Shown: piece after piece, positions 14,601-26,859 of the stretch
Layout: every line of letters begins with the position of its first letter
How positions within the stretch are numbered: the first letter of the stretch is position 1
From: Sphaerodactylus townsendi
Taxonomy: Eukaryota
Assembly: GCF_021028975.2 (NCBI RefSeq)
Contig: NC_059439.1
Location: 25,978,001 to 26,042,000, forward strand
Length of the DNA: 64,000 nucleotides
Reading direction: 5' to 3'
Made by a program: the position numbers and the translations under genes
Notes under the pieces: generated by a model
The model's input: only the letters and a program-made list of their open reading frames with translations
Databases searched by the model: none
What the model was told of the DNA's origin: nothing

Positions 14601-17600
14601 GCAGATGGCAAAAAAAAACCCCACCTCCCTCCGTGTCCACGGGAGGTCAAATATAGCAGTCAACCTGTCTGGCCAGATGGAAAGGCCTCGCGCAGTGATG
14701 GCGAACCTTTTAGAGACCGAGTGCCAGGGGCGGAATGAGGGAAAACTGTGTCCTGGACACGTGTGCGCCCTGCGCCCCTGCCTGTCCCCGCCCTGCCCTG
14801 GAACGCCCCAAAACACCCCTGTCACACCCCTGGAACGCCCTTTCCCCGCCCCCGCAGGGTCATGCCCCCAGTGCATTGTGCACCCCTCGCCCCCTTGACA
14901 CTATGCCACTGTCGAGTGCCCAAACTGGGGCAACCTTGCACGTGCCCGCAAAGAGGGCTCTGAGTGCCACCTCTGGCATAGGTTCGCCACCACTGGCCTA
15001 GCGGAATAGCTCCATCTTGCTGGCCCTGTTGAAATCTTATAAATCCCATAGGACCCTGATCTCCCTAGGAGTCTATTCCACCCGGTAGGGTCCAAACATG
15101 GTTGCCTGCCTGGGTATCTCAGTGTCCCTTTTCTGTCTCTACCAAGCTGTGGTGAGAGCCCTCTGATGTTTGCTTGTCAGAAGTCATTGCTCCGGATTTC
15201 CCAGGGCAATTCTGGCTAATGTGTCTGCTCAGGTTACATGTGGTTTAGGGTCTGAGGGACTTGGCGTTACCACAAGGACTTCTGGGTAACCGTTTCCCTC
15301 TTTTTATTTGGACAGAATGAATATATGAAGGATGATTTCTTCATCAAAATTGAAACGTGGCACAAACCTGATCTAGGCGACCAAGACAATGTAAGTGAAA
15401 GGCAAACTTATGGGTACGAACCTTCCTTTTAATATTCGCCCTGCAAAAACATAGGTGCTGACGTCCTGTGGAACTCTACTCATTATTAGGAAGACCCTAG
15501 ATCTTCAGGCTTCATTAGGAAAAAAGAGCCAGCGTGGTGTAGTGGTTAAGAGCGAGTGGATTCTAATCTGGAGAACCGGGTTTGATTCCCCCCTCCTCTA
15601 CTTGAGTGGCATAGGCTTATCTGGTGAACCAGATGTGTTCCCGCACTCCTACATTCCTGCTAGGTGACCTTGGGCTAGTCCCAATTCTTCGGAACTCTCT
15701 CAGCCCCACCTACCTCACAAGGTGTCTTTTGTGGGGAGAGGAAGGGAAAGGAGCTTGTAAGCCACCTTGAGTTACAGGAGAGAAAGGTGGGGTATAAATT
15801 CAAAACTCTGCTTCCTCTCCTTTAATATATGTCCAGTAAAAACACCTTGAGTTACAGGAGAGAAAGGTGGGGTATAAATTCAAAACTCTGCATCCTCTCC
15901 TTTAATATATGTCCAGTAAAAACATGGGTGCATCCTACTTATTATTAGGAAGACCCCTATGGAATCCTACTTCTTATTAGGAATCCTAGGGAGCAGCAGT
16001 GGCGTAGTGGCTAAGAGCAGGTGCACTCTGATCTGGAGGAACCGGGTTTGATTCCCAGCTTTGCCGCTTGAGTTGTGGAGGCTTATCTGGGGAACTCAGA
16101 TTAGCCTGTACACTCCCACTCATGCCAGCTGGGTGACCTTGGGCTAGTCACAGCTTTTCGGAGCTCTCTCAGCCCCACTCACCTCACAGGGTGTTTGTTG
16201 TGAGGGGGGGAAGGGCAAGGAGATTGTAAGCCCCTTTGAGTCTCCTACAGGAGAGAAAGGGGGGATATAAATCCAAACTCTTATTATTATTATTAGGAAG
16301 ACCCCAGATCTTCACTTCAGGCTTCGTTACTCAGAAAAAAAAGGGCATTGGTGTAATCAGCTTCTTTTTCTGTAAGGATAGATCCAGAGAAGAGAAAGTG
16401 AGCACAGTAGCAAAGATTTCATTGCACATATATTGGGGAAACAATTTACTGTTGCTAAGTGACCATATCTTGCACTTTGGAGCTTTGTACGGAGGAGGGA
16501 AGATTGTTTCGCTGTAATAAATATCTCACTGTCTTCCGGTATATGGATCCAAACTGGGCACACGGAGATCAGATCTGCATGGAATTTTGCAAATGTTCAT
16601 TCCGGATCTGTTTTAGGCTTCCCCCAGAAACGAAGTGAGGTTCTCCCGTGTCTCTCAGTCCTCTCTGGAGTGGGGGAAAGTGTAGAAGTTAGCTGGGAAT
16701 GCTGAATGCTGCAGAAAGGGCGTAGCTGAGAAAGGGAGAGTATTCCGGGCCCTGGGAAAAGAGCCATCGAGAGTTAACGCTGGAAGATGTTAGAACAGAC
16801 ACTGAAGGAGTAAGAGGGGAGAGCAATGGAGACGGCATGGAAAATGTGACTCAGAAGGAGCTTGGCCTTTTAATCAAGTCCTAAAAAGTGTGTGATGCTC
16901 AGCTGTGTTTGTGTAGGACCAGGTGAAAACCCTGTTGTTGAGCGGGAACTGCTCTCCATTATTTGAAGGTGCTGGATACAGCAAATTTGCTGAACCCGAG
17001 TGGATCTGGGTGTGTCAGTGTCTGATCGGAGACTTCCTGGAAACTCCTTGACATACTCTGCCCTAAGCAGGACAGGCTGCCGTTTTGGTATTTGTTGCAA
17101 CCGACAAACACAGCTGCTCCTCTGGGATCTGTTGGCACAGAAGATGTTGAATTTAGTCACGTGGAATGGAACTTGTATTGGCTTTGTAAAGGCATTTCAC
17201 TGCACAATTGTAAAGCCGCCTAGCCAGCGTGGTGTAGTGGTTAAGAACAGGTGCACTCTAATCTGGAGAACCGTGTTTGATTTCCCGCTCTGCCACTTGA
17301 GCTGTGGGGGCTTATCTAGTGAATCGGATTAGCTTGTGCACTCCAACACATGCCTGCTGGGTGACCTGGGCTAGTCACAGTTCTACGGAGCTCTCTCAGT
17401 CCCAACCGCCTCACAGGGTGTCTGTTTGTGGGGGGAGGGAGGAGATTGTAAGCCCCTTTGAGTCTCCTTACAGGAGAGAAAGGGGGGATATAAATCCAAA
17501 CTCTTCTTCTTAACAGAGTTTGTGGCTTACAACATAATGTACAATATACATTTTTCAATCACCAGGTCATTACTGACCCATGGGATGATTTCACATGACA

Positions 17601-20600
17601 TTTACTAGGCAGATTGTATTGACAGGGTGGTTTGCCTTCCCCGGTTGTTTACACTTTGCCCCCAGCAAGGTAGGTTCTCATTTTGTCCACCTCAGAAGGA
17701 TGGAAGGCTGAGTCAAGCTTGAGCTGGCTCCCTGAACCCGACTTCCGTCGGGATCGAACTCAGGTTGTGAACAAAGCTTTGACTGCCATGCTGCAGCTTA
17801 CCACTCTGTGCCACGGGGCTCTTTATAAGTAACGCAACAGTTATAAAAAAAGGAGAATTCAAAACCACAACTTAAGACTGCCACCGAACTAATTAGATGC
17901 AATCCTAAATAAAATCTGGATGATTTTATCAGCAGAATTAGCTGCTGGCCTTCAGTTGCATAGGAAAAAAGTGGGAAAGAGATGTAATAAGATCATTCCT
18001 GCTTGACTCACAGAAAGGGCCGATTCTTAGGCCCCTTCCGCACAGGCAAAATAATGCGTTTTCAAACCACTTTCACAACTGTTTGCAAGTGGATTTTGCT
18101 ATTCCACACAGTTTCAAAGAGCACTGAAACAGTTTGAAAGTGCATTATTCTGCATGTGCGGAATGAGCCTTCGCTTCCTTGTCAGGTGCAGCCCTTGTAT
18201 GCCCAGCAGCTGGTGGGAGGGTTGGGGACAGGGACATGGTGGGGTTTCATTGTGGGTGTGATAACATCACTTCTGGTGCAGACCTGGAAGAGATTATGAG
18301 GAGTGCTAGAAAGTGCCAGAAACCATTGAGTTCCAAGCAGTTATCTTATGTCACTTCCGGGCTATCCTATGTCACTTCCGGGCTACCCTGTGTCACTTCC
18401 AGGCTACTCTATGTCACTTCCGGGTTACCAATAGTTACCCTTTGTCACTTCCAGGTTTTTCCAGAAGTGTTGCAGTGACATACGCAATGCTGCTTTTAAA
18501 AAAAAAATTCTTACTCCTGTTTTGAGTGACAGTGTTCTGGTTTCCTGACCTTATTCTTTAAACGCAGATTTTTTTTAAAAAAAATCATGTGTGAATGGGC
18601 CTCATGGGAATCTGGCTGAAATCTCTCGCATTTATACGAACATAGACTTGAATCAAGTCTACTACCATCTCTCTCCTAGGTCCACGGGCTTGATGCGGAG
18701 ACCTGGAAAGATGTTGAGGTTGTCCATATAGACATCGCTGACCGGACGCAGGTGTCAGACCAGGTGAGGATCCGATTAGGGCTCTCATTCACTTACTAGG
18801 AGAGCAGTCGGCAGAGGATTAATTGGGGTTCGAATTCTGGAGGGGGGTTCTTCCTCTTTTCAGTCCCGCCCTCTGATAGGAAACGGAGACTCCATCTTTA
18901 TTACAGTAATAGACCAACACAAGGTAAATGCACTATAACTAAAGAATTAAATGTTTTTAAATTGTAAAATGATATATAAAAAGAAATTGAATGCATAAAA
19001 CGGTAGGATAAGAGCATACATATTAAAAGGGAATAGAAGCATTAAAAACTATTAAAAGGACTATAAAAACTATAGAGAGCAAAACAGGCATAGGGGAGCA
19101 GTAAAATTGGTAAATAAAAGGCCATAACTATCAGACTATTAAGGCTTTTTGGTAAACTAGGGTTGTCCACAGTCAGCTGGGTAATACTAACTTGTCTCAC
19201 AATTGTTGTCCACCTAGGACAGTGGTGGCGAACCTTTGGCACTTCAGATGTTATGGACTACAATTCCCACCAGCCCCTGCCAGCATGGCCAATTGGCCAT
19301 GCTGGAAGGGGCTGATGGGAATTGTAGTCCATAACATCTGGAGTGCCAAAGGTTCGCCACCACGGACCTAGGAGGATATTTAACCACAATTTTCTTCCAA
19401 TATGGAATCTGAAGTTGTTCTTTATGGGTTTCCTGAAATCTTTCATCTGGCTGTTATGACCTTCAAGATAAGCTTTGCCTTTCCTCCTCCTTTGATTTGG
19501 TTTCCTCCCCACCCACTCACACCAATCTGTAGTTTATTTAGTTCTCTGTACTGAAAACATAGCACCATAGCGTATGAAGAAAATGGTTTGCTGGTCTTAC
19601 CCAGTCTGTGGGTACAGATTTCCAAATTGTAGAGAAAATGGCACCTTGCCTGTGCTTCTTGGGTGCACCCAAGGAATCTGTTTACCGTACTGGGGTTGAG
19701 TCCTCAGGTTTGTGAAGAAAGATGCCTCTGGGTATACACAGAACGCAGGTTGGACAGAAGGAGACTGTGGTGACAACAGCATCTTAAATCAGTGCTAACA
19801 TAGGACAGCAAAAGCTTTATATAGGTCAGTGTTGGCTAACCTTTCTGAGACCGAGTGCTCAAATCGCAACCCAAAACCGACTTGTTCATCGCAAAGTGCC
19901 AAACACAGCAATTTAACCGAAATACTGAGGTTTTAGTTTAGAAAAAACAGTTGGCTCCAAGGCATGCGTTACTCAGGAGTAAGCTTGGTAGTAGTCGGTG
20001 GCTTTGAAGTAACCGTGCAACTCTTCCAACGGGTGAATCATGGCCCTAGGAGGGTTTACTCAGAAGCAAGCCCCATTGCCAGCAACCAAGCTTACTCCCA
20101 GGTAAAGGATTGCGCTTTAGTTCTTCACATGAAAATCAGTGGGATTTAACAGCGCTTAACAGGGCTACCTACACTGCTTCCCCAAAACTAGGTCTTAGGT
20201 TTAATGCTAATAATCGAGCCCAGCGGCCCAGGCCAGCCTAGATGTGTGTGGGGGGGGGGGGGGGGGCTCTGTTTGTGCGTGCCCACAGAGAGGGCTCTGA
20301 GTGCCACCTCTGGCACCCGTGCCATAGGTTCGCCACCACTGATATAGGTGCTCGGTGCTGGGTAGTAACTCCTGAGCTTCACTCCTGGTTCTCAGGCTTA
20401 AAGACTCACACTCCGCCTGACAATAGTTGTTGATTTCTTCTCAGTTTTTTTTAAAAACAGGAGGCTGGCTTGTCCTGCCTTCTGTGTGAGGAGAACTCTG
20501 CATCTTTGAGCTGTCTGATTAATAGTAACGAATTTCGCGATACAGATCCCAGTTTCTGCCTCCTGCTGGGGTCCTCCGGTCCCGTACCTCAACTTTATGT

Positions 20601-23600
20601 TATCTCTACTTTCTCCCTCAGGACTACAAACCAGATGAAGACCCAGCTCTTTTCAAATCGATGAAGACCAACAGAGGGCCTCTTGGCCCAGACTGGAAGG
20701 TATGTCAGCTCACTGAAATGGGAGAGCTGGTGCCTGGGTGAAGGCCTTGTTGGTCGTGGCCCCAAGCTCGGGCATGTTCTCCCCAGGCAGATTTGTCTGG
20801 TCCTTTCTGTCTTCCACAAGCGAGTGCACACTTTTTTTGTGGTTAAGAGCAGGTGGAGTCTAATCTGGAGTACCGGGTTTGATTCCCCGCTCCTCCACAT
20901 GAAGCCTGCCTGGTGACCTTGGGCTAGTCACAGTTCTTCGGAACTCTCTCAGCCCCACCTACCTCACAAGGGGTCTGTTGCAGGGAGAGGAAGGGAAAGG
21001 AGTTTGTAAGCCACTTTGGGAAAAGCAGGGTATAAACCCAGACTTTTCTTCTTCTTCTTCCCTCCTTCCTAACCAATGTTTTAATCACCGTTTTTATGTT
21101 TTGTATGCAGCTTAACTGTTTAAATTGTTTTTAACGATGTGCGTTTTGGAGTGATTGATATTAATGGTTCTAAAGTGCGATTTTTACCATGCCCGTCTTA
21201 AATTTTTAGCCGCCTGGGTGGCCATTGTTGGACAGAAAGGCAGGATAAAGATTTCAGAAATAAATACATAAATATAAACAGCTGTAGACCTGAGCCTCCT
21301 GACTTCTTCTCCGTTTCCCCCCTGTTAGCGGGAACTAGCTAATAATGAAGATTGCCCTCACATGTGTGCCTACAAACTTGTGACGGTGAAGTTCCGCTGG
21401 TGGGGCCTTCAAGGTCGAGTGGAGAAATTTATCCAGAAGGTGAGCTCTTACCTGGGGTCACTCAGTTTGAGTTGTGGGGGAGGGGCTTGTTTTGAGTAGT
21501 CAGGGTGGATGGGGGATACCCAGTGGTGGGATCCAAAAATTTTAGTAACAGGTTCCCATGGTGGTGGGATTCAAACAGTGGCGTAGCGCCAATGGGGCTG
21601 GGCAGGGCACAACAGGGGCGTGGCCGGGTATTTCGGGGGCGGGGCATTAATAATTTCTCTGTTACTGTAAAAAACTCTTGCTGTTAAAAAAAAGTTCCTA
21701 ATTTCCAGCTGGTATCTTTCTGTCCATAATTTAAACTCATTATAGCAAGTCCTACCGTCTACTGCCAACAGAAACAACTACTAATTGACTGTCTGTCAAA
21801 TACTTCATACTTTCAAATACTTAATTATGTTTCTAGAAATCAAAAGAAGGATACTTTCCTTAAACAAGGAACTTTACCGTATTTCTAAAACATGTTTTTA
21901 AAACAGCCCAACAGGGAGAATTATCCCGTTTTCTACCTTCACTAACCAGCCACATAGGGAACAACAGGACTTTATCATTTTTGGACCTAATGGAATTTCT
22001 AACAGAAAAGCAGACCCAATTAGTAACCCCCTCTCGGCACACACAAATAATTAGTAACTCACTCTCGGGAACTGGTGAGAACCTGCTGGATCCCACCTCT
22101 GGGGATACCCTTCGGTGATGGGACAAAAGCTAAGGCCTGGTTAGTTTTGGGCCATAAGACTAGGGAGGAGTTCTATTCTCTCAGAAAGGAGGGCATTTTG
22201 GGTTCCCTGTTTATTTTCCGAGTCCCAATCCGTTCAAACTCTTCTCCTCGTCTTGCAGCAAGAAAGACGCCTCTTTACCAACTTCCACAGGCAGCTGTTT
22301 TGCTGGTTGGATAAGTGGGTGGATTTAAACATGGCCGACATCCGGCGGATGGAGGAAGAGACTCAGCGGGAACTTGATGAGGTATTTCGAAGCAGGGGCA
22401 AGAGACTGGGGGTGTCACGCCAGCAGGGTTTGGAAGTAGGGCTGCTATGCTTAGTATGTGTGTGGTAAAGCTCAGTGGGTGTGGCTTTCTTTGTCACTGC
22501 ATTTGAGGGAACGGTTTCAACTGCCAACTGCAAATTCTGCCCTCAGTTGGTACTTTGTTATAAATCCCGTTGGTATAGTTAGACGAAAGGGCGTTGTAAC
22601 GGAGTAGGCTGTAGGCTCCTTGATAGTTCACGTTAAACAAAGAAGTAAGATAAGGCATTATTGAAAGTTTATTCAGCATTATTTTGCTGAAAATTGGGTG
22701 TTTAAGTTTATTCAGGTCGTGTTGCCTCTCGACATCTATGATTCTAAGTTTAACAAGATCCCTAGCTCTATCATAATTCATGCTGGTAATTAGTTGTTGA
22801 GAGAGTCCATAATGGGATAGTTTCCGTAAAACTGCTCTAAGCCACGGGGGAACAAATATGTCAGACAAGACAAGTCTTGCAAGACCCCTCTGGCAATAGC
22901 ATAGCCTGAGCCAATATATTATAGAGAGTGTCCATAGTTTTGCTTGTACTGAAATTAGGCCAGATGACCGTCCAGCCTCTGTTTAAAAACCTCCCACTAG
23001 GCCAGTTCATTATCAGTTGCAATCAGCCCAGGTCTGGATGACCCATTTCCCCTCTCTACTTCACCATTTTCTGGTCCCATATTCTTTCTGAACTAAAGTT
23101 TGAAGAGCGGGCCTTCAACTTAACCTGCTTGATGTAGTGGTTAAGAGCAGGTGGATTCTAGTCTGAAGAACCGGGTTTGATTCCCCACTCCTCCACCTGA
23201 GTGGCAGAGGCTTATCTGGTGAACCAGATGTGTTTCTGCTCTCCTACGTTCCTGCTGGGTGAACCTTGGCCTAGTCACAGTTCTTCAGAACTCTCTCGGC
23301 CCCACCTTCTCACATGGTGTCTGTTGTGGGGAAAGGAGCTTGTAAACCACCTTGAGTCTCCTCACAGGAGAGAAAGGGGAGGTTATAAATCCAAACTCGT
23401 CTTCTTTCCTTGTCCCTATTTAAATGCACTCACTACCCCCTTGCGCTAGTTGCCATGGTGACTCACTTTAGTGGACAGCCCTAGTGGCAAGTCTGTGCAG
23501 AGCGAACAGCGTCAGGATCGCCAGCAAGTCAGGCTGGATTGGTGTCCTGCTCCCATTGAGAATCCCGTCTCGTTGCAGATGCGCCAGAAAGGCACAGTGA

Positions 23601-23626
23601 GAGGGATGACGGCTGGGGATGAATGA
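8452..23626 (+). CDS. PITPNB-like: Class I phosphatidylinositol transfer protein, PITP beta-like (gamma-type paralogue), 271 aa
   Basis: Exons 8452-8471, 11094-11124, 12252-12397, 12484-12575, 13961-13968 (8 nt), 15316-15390, 18680-18763, 20622-20699, 21329-21439, 22259-22381, 23579-23626 (TGA); total 816 nt, in frame. Translation: [39 protein letters not shown]...[10 protein letters not shown]...[24 protein letters not shown]...[16 protein letters not shown]...[15 protein letters not shown]...[16 protein letters not shown] 3'UTR intron 23661-24696 follows, as in PITPNA/B. Confidence 0.95.
9841..10280 (+). mobile_element. Squam3-type SINE interrupted by a foldback MITE
   Basis: SINE head at 9841, MITE at about 10042-10181, SINE body resumes to the CTTCTT tail. 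Confidence 0.8.
10494..10639. mobile_element. Palindromic hAT-derived MITE (about 146-bp near-perfect hairpin)
   Basis: Centre CCAGCATGGyCAATTGGCCATGCTGG. Relatives at 13158-13303, 19220-19365 (TSD ACCTAGGA), 43967-44113 (TSD CTCTAAAA), about 42378-42512, 51980-52113 and 52292-52430 (TSD CTCTAACC). Confidence 0.8.
11370..12020 (-). mobile_element. Decayed non-LTR retrotransposon 3' fragment (RTE-X-like)
   Basis: Translates to [15 protein letters not shown]...[19 protein letters not shown] (CCHC knuckle of an ORF2 C-terminus), with stops. Confidence 0.65.
14018..14114 (+). repeat. (CCAY/CCGC)n microsatellite running into an assembly gap
   Basis: CCACCCATCCGC-type units directly visible. Confidence 0.9.
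14115..14303. other. Assembly gap (189 N)
   Basis: Run of N. Confidence 0.99.
14361..14563. mobile_element. Inverted pair of Penelope-like pLTR fragments with degenerate hammerheads
   Basis: Arms meet at about 14437-14445. Similar foldbacks at about 27655-27860, 34755-34948 and 46170-46395. Confidence 0.7.
14693..14995. mobile_element. hAT non-autonomous element (CAGTGATGGCGAACC family)
   Basis: TIRs CAGTGATGGCGAACC / GGTTCGCCACCACTG; longer relatives at 19827-20341 (TSD ATATAGGT) and about 31141-31657. Confidence 0.75.
15526..16283 (+). mobile_element. Two tandem Squam3-type SINEs, with a 79-bp local duplication of the first tail
   Basis: SINEs at about 15526-15815 and 15991-16283; CACCTTGAGTTACAGG...CCAGTAAAA is repeated at about 15763 and 15843. 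Confidence 0.8.
17222..17510 (+). mobile_element. Squam3-type SINE
   Basis: Head, body and tail as in other copies. Further copies at about 20838-21060, 23130-23408, 25858-26062, 28358-28642, 29230-29532, 34095-34398, 42761-43048, 47092-47393 (-), 47809-48031, 50729-51010, 60934-61290 and 63307-63584 (-). Confidence 0.85.
17560..17821 (-). mobile_element. Sauria SINE (Squam1)
   Basis: Minus strand GAGCCCCGTGGCACAGAGTGGTAAGCTGCAG...GACTCAGCCTTCCATCCTTCTGAGG...GGCAAACCACC. Confidence 0.75.
18347..18457. repeat. 20-bp tandem repeat TATGTCACTTCCGGGCTAYC (about 5 copies)
   Basis: Directly visible. Confidence 0.85.
21521..22101. mobile_element. hAT non-autonomous element containing a CR1-like piece
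   Basis: CAGTGGTGGGATCC / GGATCCCACCTCTG termini, exact TSD GGGATACC; about 21660-21770 resembles a CR1 ORF2 3' region (-). Shorter relatives at about 12044-12162, 50081-50253 and 53894-54228. Confidence 0.75.
22490..22960 (-). mobile_element. Decayed LINE ORF2 3' fragment (RTE-X-like)
   Basis: [12 protein letters not shown]...LLRYNALSS...GRICS translation. Confidence 0.55.
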
Positions 23627-24696
23627 GCGCCCCCTGCTGCCTGGGCCAAGAAGTGACAAGGTAAAACAGACCAGGTGTGGGATAAACTTGAGTGATGCTA
23701 ATAGTTATGGGCGGGAATGCTGCAGTGGTGGAACCAGGGACAGGGCATGGGAAAAGTTTGTGGGAGATGCAGGGGAGCCCTGAAATGAACTGGGAAGGGA
23801 GCTGGACAGAGGCCGTGGCTGAGTGGTGGAACCTAAGCTTTGAATGTTGAAAGTTCCGAGTTCAATCTCCGACATCTCTAGTTAAAGAATCTCAGATAGC
23901 AGATGTCAGGAATTCAGATATTCATTATCTGAGTCTCTGGAGAGACATCATCAGTCTCCCCCTCCCTCCCCTCCCTTGCATGCCACCCCTCCCTCTTCTT
24001 TCCTTGCGTGCCACCCCTCCTCCTCCCTCCGCTAGGGTGAGTGGGCCATGTCCAGATGCCGGGCCCTCTCCCTCTCCTCCCTTGCTTGTCACCCCTCCCC
24101 CTCCCTTGTATGCCACCCCTCACTCCATCCCCTCCCTCCCTTGCATGCCACCCCTCCCTCTCCTTCCCTTGCGTGCCACCCCTCCCCCTTCCTCCGCTAG
24201 GGTGAGTGGGCCATGTCCAGATGCCGGGCCCCCTCCCTCTCCTCCCTTGCATGCCACCCCTCCCCCTCCCTTGCATGCCACCCCTCACTCCATCCCCTCC
24301 ATCCCCTTCCCTTGCATGCAACAGGCAATAGTGAGTAAGAAAAACCAACGGTTGGACTTGGCCACGGGCAGCATGTTCACAAGCCAGTTCTTATTGGCTC
24401 TTGTATACTTGCCATGTCTACAAGGGTACCAATCTAGTGGCCTTAAAATAGCAAAGAACTTCAAACCGGGCGTCGCACTGGGCTGTTTGGCGCCCCAAAT
24501 AGCCCTGCCTTGCCGTTTTTCAGCGAGACTTCCATTTTCACTCGGAGACCCCCCACAATCAAACACGGGAGTTTCACAGTGTCGTCAAAACTCGGCTGAA
24601 TTTTCAAAAGCGTGAGGCGTCTGCAGAAGTCGGCTTCGTTTCTGGCAGGGGGCCCCCACTTCTCGAACTAATTCTCTCTTTGTCTTTCCGTTCCAG

Positions 24697-25740
24697 GTGC
24701 AGTGCGCTTTCTTATTGGAGCCTGGACCTATCCTTTTGGGACTCCGCTGTCATCCCACGCCCCCTGTCACCTGGGAGGGGAACGATGGTCTCCCATTTTC
24801 TTTCCATCCCACTAGTTCAAAAATACTTCAGCCTCCCCCTGCTTATACCAGCACGGGGCGGGAATCCCTTTGAACTGCTGCTCCTAGGGGTTTTTTTGTT
24901 TTATTTTTAACCGTTCGTGGATTAACAAGTTCTTCCTCCTCCCCCTCCCACACACACAACTCACGGCTGTATGGAAGAAGACGGCAAGGACCTTTCGTAG
25001 TGGGGGCGGGGGAGCATTGGCGGGGTTGCATGACTAAAATAGCATTATAACATTTAATATTAATATTCCTTCGAATCATGTTTCCATCTGGGGACGAGGT
25101 CCGGAATCCTTAAACTTGGAGACGGGGGCGGGGGACGAGGGGGGTGGGGTTGGGAAAGAGCAAGCGAAGATTTTATCTTAGGAGTAGAGTTTTTGCCTTC
25201 ACTGCGGTGGAGGGTTAGAGTTGCCCGTCTGAGGGACGGGTGGTAACCAGTAGCCAGAGCTACGTTCCACTTGCAGGTGGTGGATAGCAAACAGCAGCCG
25301 TTTTCTCCACAGCTTTTCCCTCAGCCGTCCTGTGGAGTCGACGGACGCCCTTGACCTGCCTCAGTTTACCAATGGTTCTCCCCCCACCCCACCCCTTCTG
25401 AGGTGTCTGTGTTTAAACGACATGGTTCCAGTTTTCCCAGAATAGCTTCTTGCATTCTTTTTTTGGCTTGAGGGTGGCGGAGATACTCCTCAGCTTAAAG
25501 TCTGACTTCCTCTCCCAGTTCTGAAGGTGGGTGGGGTAGGTAGCCCCCCCCCCCCCAGTTTGGGAAGGGACTCAAAAACATTTCAGCCACCCTCTGGGAC
25601 TTAGCTGTGGAGAGGGGGAGACTTTAAGGCCCAATGCTACATTGCTAAGGATCTGAACAGTATTTTTTTTTAAAAAAGAAAAACACTGAAATCTTTTTTT
25701 AAAAAGCAAAACAAATAAATAAACTCGAAGCTATATGCTT
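24697..25740 (+). other. Terminal 3'UTR exon of the PITP gene with poly(A) signal
   Basis: Acceptor TTCCAG at 24691-24696; overlapping AATAAA at 25714-25723 followed by a GT-rich tract. Confidence 0.7.
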
Positions 25741-26138
25741 GTCTGGTTTTCTGGATTTGGTGGGAGGGGCGAGGGGAGGGTGAATCGTTGGCCACTGTCT
25801 GGTGTAACTCCAGAAAATACGGTTCTTTCTGTACTTCATCCTCTTCAGTCTTGGATTGTGGTGGGGTAGTGGTTAAGAGCCGTTTACTCTAATCTGGCGA
25901 ACCAGGCTTGTTTCCCCACTCCTACACATGAAGCCTTGGCTGACTCACAGTTCTCTCAGAACTCAGCCCCACCTACCTCACCAGGTATCTGTTGTGGGGA
26001 GAGGAAGGGAAGGAGTTTATGAGCCCCTTTGAGGCTCAAAAGTAGGGTATAAATCCATACTCTGAGCTGCAAAGACTGAAGACATATACCAGTAATCAAA
26101 GGGCCAAAAGCAGCAATTTAATGACAAAATAACAAAGT

Positions 26139-26859
26139 ACTAGCGGGCCCGGCCACGCGTTGCTGTGGCTGAGTCTGGTGAAGTGGAAAAGAAAGAAAAG
26201 GGGAAGCGAACGGTTCGAACATGTGTCATTGCACAATTCTTGCAGGGGAGGGGCAAGGGGCCCCTCGCTCCCCTCCCTCTCTCCCGTTCCCTTGCATGCA
26301 AACTTGGCCAGTCCCTCCCTAATGTTCCCCTTCCTCTGCTAGGTTGGGTGGGCCATCTGCAGGTGGCTGATCCTGTCCCTTTCACTCCCCTTGCAGGTGA
26401 ATTATCTAGCGTAAAACACGCTGGGAGGCATGAGCTACGTTGTGTTCAAATTTCAGAGCGTTTGGTCCAGCAAACCCTGGACCCTCCCTCACCTTCCCCT
26501 TTCTCTGCTAGGGTGGGTGGGTCGTGTCCAGATGGTGGGCCCCATTCCTTTCACTCCATAAGGCAGTGGTTTTCAAGGAAGTCATGGTTGGTTCCCTTGT
26601 ATCAGAGGGTGTTGCTTTGATGGGCAGCAGATGTTGCTGTTGCGGAACCGAACTGTGGTTCCAACTGTCACAGGTGTGGCATGTGCACAATAACTGGCAC
26701 AGTTGTGACATGTACACAACAGGAGGTGTGGAAACAGTATGGAAACCTGGCCGCACGCGAATGCGACGTTGTGTGAAAATTTCAAAGCAATCGGTCCAAT
26801 ACTTTGGAAGATTGCCTGTCAGCAGAAAAACGCACTGATAGATTTTTATATATATAGAT
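26139..26859. mobile_element. Non-autonomous Helitron/Helentron-like element
   Basis: ACTAGC...CCGGCCACGCGTTGCTGTGGC at one end and TATATATAGAT at the other, no TSD. Second copy at 45423-46170; related sequence at about 23950-24320. Confidence 0.6.

Noticed and set aside
15991-16070. tRNA-like A/B box sequences (many copies)
   Set aside because: They are SINE heads continuing into SINE bodies, not tRNA genes.
23914-24615. Pro/Gly-rich ORFs of 144 and 211 aa
   Set aside because: Low-complexity tandem duplication in a repeat within the PITP 3'UTR intron.
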